Of a stretch of DNA of 20,000 nt, positions 9,940 through 18,299 are shown in pieces. The DNA comes from Spizellomyces punctatus DAOM BR117 (Eukaryota). How positions within the stretch are numbered: position 1 is the first letter of the stretch; each line of letters starts with the position of its first letter. Position numbers and translations under genes: made by a program. Below the pieces are notes generated by a model that ran no database searches, was not told where the DNA came from, and saw only the letters and a list, made by a program, of their open reading frames with translations. The DNA lies in the NCBI GenBank assembly GCA_000182565.2, contig KQ257458.1; one strand, written 5' to 3'.

Positions 9940-12199
9940 TTACTTGGCACTATACCTCCTCCAAGTCCTCCACTCCCGATCCCTCTCCGCTGTAACAGCC
10001 AACCACATTGCAATTTTCTCCCACATGATTTCCGCATGGACGCCTCCCAAAATGTCCACATGCCCGTACGAGTAACCCGGCTCGATTGCGTAGTGACGCA
10101 GGTGGTTGGGTGGAGGTGGAGTCTTGAGGGTTTGGAGATTGGATGAAGAGTAGGATTTCGCAGGACGGGGCAGGGTATGATGCGTTGGAGTGGTAGTGGT
10201 AGGTGCGAATCGTACTGTTTTAGAAGGAGATTGGATATGCGCATGGCCGTCAGCGAGGGTCTCAAAGACTTGATCTACATTCTTACGAATCCCCTCGTAT
10301 ATTTCCCGTCGACGTTCCTTTGCAATTTCGTCCTCTTCGTAGCGAATCACATCTTTCCATTTGCTCCCGCTGCGCTGGTAGCCTGCCATAGTGTCTTTGA
10401 CGCGTATCACGCCATCCGCGTTGGCATAGCAGAAAAAGAGGGGGAGATGCTCGAGAAGTTCAAACTTGGAGAGGTAAGGAGAGAGCTCGTTCCAGGTGGA
10501 CCAGTGCGGGGTGGGCGGAGCCGGGTGTTGAATCGTTGTCGGTGAGGGGGGTATCGGTGGCGGGGTAAAGTGAACGCGCAGTTGGGATTTGGAGCGTTTT
10601 CTTGAGGGTGTGGCGGTTGACGCCGATGCAACGGGTGGCTCGGCGGCTTGGGAGATGTGCTGTAAATCTTCAGTGACGACATCTGTACGATGACTTGAGC
10701 TCGACATGACCCAATTATTGTCTATGAAGTGTACAGGGTGCATTAGCTCGCATCCCGCATAAGATCAACAGGTCACTTACAATATTCATGATGGATTGCC
10801 ATCTGTGTGATACTCAAATATACTCCAATTGACGGACTTTCCACGGACGTGTCCATAAGACCCCACGGGTCCTCGACACTGTTGGGAACCCAAGGAGAGG
10901 GATAGACAGCATTCATGATGGCGTTTTCAATCCTTGATGGAACAAATTGGCGAAGAAATAGGACGGCATTAAGGGCAGAGCGAAGAGGTATAGGTTGGCG
11001 TTTTATGTGAGTTAGAAACTGGCGCATGTAGGTGAGGAGGTGGTGTTTGGAGGAAGGCGGTAGAGGCGCTTTGGGTATGATGAGGTCAGTGCTGGTGTTC
11101 GGAGAGGCATCTGCGATGAGGTTTGGGTCACTGTCCAGAGTGGGAGGCAGGTGATTGACGTCGTGGGCGGGAGGGCATCGCCCACTCGGCCTCGTGATTT
11201 CCTACAGCCGCCTGGATGAGCATCCTTATCACTCGTGCTCCAGTGAGGCTATTGACGTACCTTCGAGGCTGTCAGCTTTCCCGACCACCTGAAAAAGGTT
11301 GGCGCTAAGATGATCGCCTTGACGGGACTTGGACAAAAGGCTTTATAAAGCTCAATGATTTCGCTAAGTCCTGGGATGGTATAGTGGTATAGCCCTGCTA
11401 GATGAACGACTCCGGCAACGTCATTTGGGTTGAGTCCAGCAACAGCACAAGAGAGCGCTCCTCCCATACTGCAAAGGACAAGTTCATTAAAGGTTCACCC
11501 AGAGTGGCCACCGCTCCCTAACACACAGTGGGTGTTCTCACCTATGCCCGATCAAATACACTTTTTCGTAACTTCCGACCTTTTTGACGACCGATATCGC
11601 ACTAGGTATGTCGACCTCGACGTATTCCTTCATGCTTGCTGGACGCGTACTGCCGAGTTTGAGGGATTCTGATGTGCCACGGAGGTCGATGGAAAAGACA
11701 TCGAAAGAGCGTTTTGCGAGGAATTCTGAAAAGGAAGGCCCTGTTTTCCCTGGAAGGAGCGAAGAGGGTCACTGTTAGACCGAACTCTCTGCAGATGTGC
11801 CACCAGCAGGGACCATCGATGTGATGCATGCATGTTGGCATTAGCCATTAGCCTTCGCTAATAGAACAGTCACTATAGAACCTCCAACAGTTTCATACAG
11901 TTGCAAAGAATTGGCATCGCTAATGCTGTGTTCGAATACGTACCCAAACCACCACCGAGATGAAACATGTGTCTATTGGAAGCAAACCCTGGAATCAACA
12001 GGACAGCGCCTCGCGAGCCCTTTCCGTCCATCAAGACGCTCTGGAGACATCGTCTGTCCATAGGAAGATGACCAGAGCCATCCGAAAGCGGAACAGAGTA
12101 CTCTGTGTAGAGCAGATGAAATGTCTTGCAAAGGGATAAGCGGGACTTGTGGGGAGAACGCGAGCGATGGATGAGAGACGAGGGATCTGTACCCTCCAT
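9940..12199 (-). CDS. Alpha/beta-fold serine hydrolase (lipase/PhaC-like), about 624 aa
   Basis: Exons 12199-11944, 11749-11542, 11468-11261, 11201-10781 and 10721-9940 join in frame. Motifs: AVLLIPGFASN (oxyanion loop), FDVFSIDLRG, YVEVDIPSAI, nucleophile elbow LIGHS^MGG, FCYANADGVI (catalytic Asp) and YSYGHVDILGG (catalytic His). Confidence 0.88.
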
Positions 12200-12434
12200 T
12201 GCAAGATGATAATAGGTAAAAGAAGAAGAAAATAGACGGGAAAACGACGACGACAGTTTAAATACACGCGTGATCCCAATATAAAGGAGAACAAGAGTGA
12301 TATCACTCAGCGAGACAAGACACATCATGTGATGGAACGAACACTTGTGCTCATTTCAATATGCATGTCAACACATGTTTATGGCATGCTACGAGCGATG
12401 CGCATATTATCATGCAATGACGTATGTTAACGGC

Positions 12435-12449
12435 GACGACGACGACGAC
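12435..12449. repeat. (GAC)5 microsatellite
   Basis: GACGACGACGACGAC in the intergenic region. Confidence 0.8.
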
Positions 12450-13497
12450 AAGAGCCGTAAAGTGTGCCAAAAAGTTCAAAGGTGATGATTGTTTAACACT
12501 TAAGTCGCGTGTCCAAAGGTCGCGTGTCGTGTCTCCCCTTCCTGCATGCTGCGCTTTACCGATGAGCCCAACTTCCGCAGAGAAAGTAAATGTAAACAAT
12601 GACTATCCAAAATCCTCGAATCTCCCCCAAAAGACGCTGGTAAATGCCTCCACTGAAAGCTACCTAATGAATATCCCTGACCCCCATCGATGATCCACAA
12701 TACGTAACCCATGCAACTTCATACAGTCATAAATCATGCTATTTACCTTTACGCTAGGATAATGTCAATGGTTAATATTCGACGTCATTCTTGCGGTTTT
12801 AACCTCGCTGTAATAGAGTTATTCGCAACTGCCTTTTGAAAACGTTGGATACTCAGATCGACGGGCACCGTGAACCGGCGCAGTTAGTGCAAGTTACTTC
12901 AATTTGAGACCCTAGTAGGAACGCAAGCCAAGAAGCTAAGGGATAAGATTATTCACAATGTAGCCATTTATTTCCAACCATTTACGATACCTTTACATGT
13001 TATGAATGCGCCCAAAAAAGGTATCGCAGCCTTAATCGGAACTTACATCTGGGGCCTGTGAAGGTTCGCCAGACTACCATGCAAGTGCACAATCCACTGC
13101 TGGTAGTATAAGTATAGGTTCAAAAATAAGATAAATGGGTAAAGCAAGCGTCCGCTATCGTCGTATTTGTCACTGTCATCTCGGCACTACCATTCATTAT
13201 TTATACCAAAGTACATAAATGTGACGACAAGGAAGAAAAAAAACAAGAGTTCAACGGGCTGGGCGTTGGAGGTTTGGGGACATGACTCATACGAGCTGGA
13301 TGGTCAAACGCGCGTTTTGCTGGCCTTTGGGGGCTCGTAGTTCAACCACAAAAAGCGCAACTAGATACTGGCAATTTAGAGGGCGTGCACTGCGAGCTGG
13401 CTCAAAAAGTTAGTGAAATGGGGAGATATTCGTAGATCGAACGCTCGTTTGTACATATCCTGGCACTCTTCACCTGCATATTACCCTCGTTGCCATC

Positions 13498-16400
13498 ATG
13501 TCCTTACCATTCACAACCACCCGAATGGGATCCATACCATTATCCCCAACGCACACCACAAGTCCCTCCGCACACTACGCAACCCTCTCTGTCTCAGAAA
13601 CGCTTCAATCTCTCGGCACGCACCTGGAGACAGGTCTGTCATCGTCGGAGGCATCCTACCAGCGGTCTCGCGTCGGTGCCAATGACCTGACTGTGGAAGA
13701 GAGTGAGGGACTTGCGAGCAAGTTTATCGAGCAGTTTAAGAATCCATTGATTTGTCTGTTGCTGGGATCTGCTGGGGTCTCGGTATTGGTTGGGGAGATT
13801 GATGATGCTGTGAGCATAACGCTGGCGATTATTATCGTCGTGGCAGGTGAGTTGAACCGAGCAATGAAGAGACGGAGCACAGTACTCGGCGGACTGAGTG
13901 GGAATGGCCATGCACAACGTGCGCAGAGTGCGAGGGTCATTGCGCCCCGGATGAGTCAAAGTGTCTGATACATGATTGCTAACACCTCTCAACACAGTGG
14001 CATTTGTACAGGAATACCGCTCAGAAAAATCCCTTCAAGCACTCAACAAACTTGTTCCCCATTATTGCCATGTAATCAGGTACCGTACTCCACTCTCGTC
14101 ACATACTGTTCTGTCGCGGTCCCGCAATCTCATGGGTAGCACGTCCCTTTCAGAGACAGTCAACTCGTCACCCTTCTCGCCAGCGAGCTTGTTCCCGGCG
14201 ACATTATCAAATTCTCCACGGGAGACCGTATCCCCGCCGACAGTCGTCTCGCCACAGCGCACGACCTTCAAATTGACGAGTCGAGTTTGACGGGGGAGAA
14301 TGAACCCTGTCGGAAGCATACGGATGTGATCGAGGGGAGGAGTGAGGATTTGCCTTTGGCCGAAAGGAGGAATGTGGCATTCATGGGGACGTTGGTGAGG
14401 AATGGTCACGGATTGGGCATTGTAGTTGGGACAGGGAAACACACAGAGTTCGGGATGGTTTTTACGATGATGAAGGAGGTGCGGTATCCTTTTTTCTTGG
14501 GAAATGGACTGTATCGACTTATGCACTTTAAAGGTCGAAGTCCGCAAGACACCGCTTCAACTCAAAATGGATCACCTGGGAAAACAACTCTCTGCCTTTT
14601 CTTTTATTATTATCGGCATAATTACCTTAATTGGGATCCTCCAGGGGCGGCATTGGTTGGAGATGTTTACGATCGGAGGTACGCGGACGTGTATCTTCTC
14701 CAAACACTCACCAGTGATGTGTCTAAAATAATGTGTTCCAGTTAGTCTGGCTGTAGCGGCTATACCAGAGGGACTGCCGATTGTGGTAACCGTTACATTG
14801 GCGCTCGGGGTCCTGCGCATGGCAGGACGACATGCCATTGTCAAAAAGTTGCCGGCAGTAGAGGCTTTGGGTTCTGTGAATGTGATTTGCGCGGACAAGA
14901 CGGGTGGGGTTTTTTGTAGTGTAACCGGTTTGCGTATGAATGTTGTTGATCATCTTATGCAAAACAGGTACACTGACCATGAACAAAATGACTATTACAA
15001 AATTGTACACGCTTGCGCAGCAAACTATCATTGACATTGATGACCCCGCCAATGCTTCCATGCTGAGCCTTCCCGCTCCGACGATGCTCTTCCGAATAGG
15101 TAAGATTTTCTTTCTCCACTACGCTGTGCTCTATGCTGCAAAATAGATATTCACGTCTTCAAATGATAGGCATGTTGTGCAATAACGCCCACATGGAGGA
15201 AGGACAGGCTGTAGGGCAACCGACAGAGATTGCGTTTTTAGAGGCGGCAGGCAGGATGGGTGTGACTGATGAGCGGAAGGTATGTCGGCAAACTGCTAGC
15301 GCTCCTATATGTCTTCCTAACAGTCCTGATGAGAGCAGGCTCACGTCAAAATCTCTGAAACACCCTTTAACGCCGAGCGCAAATGGATGGCCATTGAATC
15401 CCGCCCGGTCCATTCCACATCTTCACTGCTCTATGTCAAAGGCGCTATGGAGCCTATTCTCGAGCAATGCAAGCGGTACTATGTAGGGCCCAACGACGAA
15501 CGCCCTTTGGATGCGGGTGCACGGAATCTGATTGAAGCTGTTGCGAAGGGTGTCGCGAATGCGGGGTTGAGGCTATTGTTTCTGGCTGTGGGACCGAGCT
15601 TGGGGGATTTGTGTCTGGTGGGCTTTGTGGCCATGTATGATCCTCCGAGACCTGGTGTACCGGCGGCGATTGATACTTTGGTGAGAGGCGGCGTCAAGAT
15701 TGTGATGATCACGGGAGATTCAGGTACGAGGCTCCTTCTCTCATCCACTCCAATAATGTCAAAATTAAAATGGTGGTTGCAGAGGGTACGGCATCTTCCA
15801 TTGCCTCTCACCTTGGCATCCACGTCCCGCCTCGTGGTCTTATGTCCGGGCCGGACCTCGACGCCCTCTCCGAAAGGGAATTAGATGAACAGGTAGAGCG
15901 TGTTACCGTGTTTTATCGGACTACGCCGAGGCACAAGATGGTGATTGTGAGGGCCCTACAAGCCAAGGGACTTGTTGTGGCCATGACTGGAGATGGAGGT
16001 TCGTTCAACTGTGGCCCTTTCCTTTCAATGTATCGTGTCTGATCCGTTTGCAATTGCAGTAAATGATGCGCCTGCCCTACGATTATCGGTATGTTGTGAT
16101 CTTGCGATGAAAGATGTGAAGTATTCTTCTAATGACGTTTCTGGCGTGACAGGATATCGGTATATCTATGGGAAAGAGTGGAACGGACGTGGCAAAGGAG
16201 GCTGCAGATATGATTCTTGTTAATGATGATTTCGGTGAGGACGGATTTATTAGTTTGGTTGTCTGTGCTTGGGAGTACTAACATTTTTGGACGTTTACCA
16301 GCGACGGTCTTGTATGCCATCGAGGAAGGTGTGTATCCAGCTCTGATCTATTTCGGGAATCTAGTATTAACAAGGGGACATACCAGGCAAATCCATCTTT

Positions 16401-17192
16401 TACAACATTCAAAACTTTCTGCGCTTCCAGCTGTCCACCAGCATCGCCGCCTTGACACTGATTGCCGTCGCAACTTTCTTAGGGCTCCCCAACCCCCTCA
16501 ATGCCATGCAAATCCTCTGGATCAGTAGGTGACCCGTTCTTCTCTCTTTCCCTCCTTCTTCTTACTTATACACTCCAGATATTATATGCGACGGACCCGT
16601 AGCGCAGTCCCTCGGCGTCGAATCCGTCGATCCAGATGTGATGAAACGACCCCCGCGGGACAAGAATGAGCCAATTATCACGAGGGCTTTTGTGAGCCGG
16701 GTACTTATGTCCGCCTTTGTGGTGGTTGTTGGTACCATAGGGATTTATTCTTTGGAGTTGGGGAGAGGGTTTGTGGATGAGGATGAGGCTGGGCGGAGAG
16801 GGTCCACAATGGTATTTTTTCGATTGATGCTTGTGGTTGGGGGACACGAGTGCTAATCTTCATCATACTAGACATTTACTGTCTTTGTCTTCTTTTCTCT
16901 CTTCAACGCCGTCACCTGCCGTTCCCAGACCCGTTCCATCCTCTTCTCTCTTGGACTCTTCACCAACCGCATGTTTAATTTCGCTGCCCTCGCCTGCATC
17001 CTCTTTCAACTCGCGGTCGTGCACTGGAGTGTACTTCAAGCGATATTTCAGACAGTAGATTTGACGTTTGGTGACTGGATTGTAGTGTTGGGTGTTGGGT
17101 CTTTGGTAGTGGGCGTGGATGAGGTTATAAAGAGATGGAAGGGACGATGGGAACGGGTTAGGGAGGGTATCAAAGGGGAAGAAAGTGTGTGA
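13498..17192 (+). CDS. PMR1: Secretory-pathway Ca2+/Mn2+ P-type ATPase (PMR1/SPCA, type IIA), about 911 aa
   Basis: 15 exons join in frame: 13498-13846, 13998-14079, 14154-14478, 14534-14678, 14742-14903, 14968-15099, 15170-15279, 15339-15723, 15783-15998, 16060-16088, 16153-16234, 16302-16328, 16387-16524, 16579-16811, 16872-17192. Motifs: [26 protein letters not shown], phosphorylation site [46 protein letters not shown]. Confidence 0.96.
13860..13972 (+). ncRNA. Candidate intronic box C/D snoRNA in PMR1 intron 1
   Basis: The intron is 151 nt, about twice the local norm. It holds a box C-like ATGAAGA (13864-13870), D' CTGA (13894-13897), a hairpin AATGGCC/GGTCATT, a C'-like CGGATGA (13948-13954) and D CTGA (13965-13968), all upstream of branch point GCTAAC. 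Confidence 0.5.
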
Positions 17193-17232
17193 TGGTTTTT
17201 TGGATTTTTTATATTATTACTAATTGCTGCGT

Positions 17233-18066
17233 TTATACGCCTCTTTCGAAGATTTGACATGCGTCCATGAAGGCTTGATGGAAGGTGCTCGCCAGATAAT
17301 AGAATGGGGCCTCCACGTCTGTATTTGTTGCCTGAAAGTGCTCTTAGCTTTGTCTGCTCATATTTCGGTCCAATACGGCCCACTTACTGCAGAACACTCA
17401 AAGTACCCCAGCCCAAACCTCGAGGCCAACTCCTCCCCTTGCGCCGTGCTTACGACCCGACGAGAAGTTTGATCCGTTTTATTTGCAACGAGCACACCTA
17501 CTAGAATCAGTTTTTCGTTCATCAATTCATGTAAGCTATACCGGCACTCACCTTGCGCTCCTCTTGATACTATTTCCATCCACTTCCCCACATCCTTGAA
17601 ACTGTCTGCGTTTGTCACATCATATACGATCATATATGACGTGGCACCTTCGGTCTAGAACAACATTGAGAACCGATTCATTTCATATTGCATCAAGTTC
17701 GTACGTACGTATTTGACCCAATCTTGTGCAAACAGATCTGAGCATCCTATATCGTGAATGTAAAGATCGACGGTAAATTGTGTATCGGGGATGGTGATAG
17801 GTTTGAGGCTTGTGTCGCAGTGGAGAGTCTGTGCCTAAAGTTGGTACTTATCGGAAACGCATTCGAGGAAAGGAAACTTACCATGGCGTATGTTTTAGCG
17901 TACTGGGTTCCATCGCTGTGGAAGAGTTGTGTCAGAGCGGTCTTGCCCGTTGTGGGTGAGCCTGTTTGCAAATAATATTTAACAAATTCGTGCCTGGAAG
18001 ACGAGACGCTAAGAACGCACCTAGTACGACGCACTTGTTTCTCAAAATGATTTTTCCAAAAGTCAT
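17233..18066 (-). CDS. IFT27: Intraflagellar transport protein 27 (RABL4), Rab-like small GTPase, about 186 aa
   Basis: Exons 18066-18021, 17961-17882, 17828-17709, 17654-17552, 17500-17388 and 17331-17233 join in frame. Motifs: LRNKCVVLGSPTTGKTALTQLFHSDGTQYAKTYAMT, IVYDVTNADSF, GVLVANKTD, YFECSA, VEAPFYYLASTFH. There is no C-terminal prenylation cysteine, as expected for IFT27. Confidence 0.93.
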
Positions 18067-18299
18067 GCCTGCGAATGCCCTTCTCCTTCCATCGGTCGTG
18101 GTGGAAAAAGACCATCGCGGGGACGCGTCCGCTTACGCAATCTTACACGTGACTTCACCAATAAGGTTAGAGGCGGAAACTTCGGTTGTTTTTGAGCGCA
18201 GCAAACGCTTGCTGGTGTTTGTCGACGTGGCAAACACGCATCGGGGCAGTTTTTGATTTTTTGATTTCATTTTGCGGTAATCGCGTACCTACCCAGACC
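18067..18299. promoter_or_regulatory. Compact bidirectional promoter shared by IFT27 and the TM9SF gene
   Basis: 233 bp lie between the divergent ATGs. The region contains ACGCGT (MCB-like, 18123-18128), CACGTGAC (E-box, about 18146-18153) and TTTTGAGC (18190-18197). Confidence 0.6.

Noticed and set aside
12351..12712. ORFs in the hydrolase upstream region
   Set aside because: They are short, partly built on the GAC microsatellite, and show no recognisable domain or exon structure.
30..12910. 11-mer CAATTTGAGAC repeated at 30-40 and 12900-12910
   Set aside because: Many 11-mer matches are expected by chance in 20 kb, and there is no terminal-repeat or target-site context.
13040..13175. U1 snRNA (ACTTAC...GAAGG...TGCAC)
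   Set aside because: It lacks ACTTACCTG, the GATCA-x-GAAG loop, ATTGCAC and a proper Sm site. Kept only as a generic hairpin cluster.
13938..13948. CATTGCGCCCC matching 5.8S rRNA in sense orientation
   Set aside because: Only 11 nt, in sense rather than antisense orientation, with no flanking rRNA similarity.
14484..14492. GTATCCTTT, a perfect U12-type donor, inside PMR1 intron 3
   Set aside because: Using it would shift the frame by 5 nt with no compatible acceptor, and there is no TCCTTAAC branch site. The GT at 14479 gives the correct protein.
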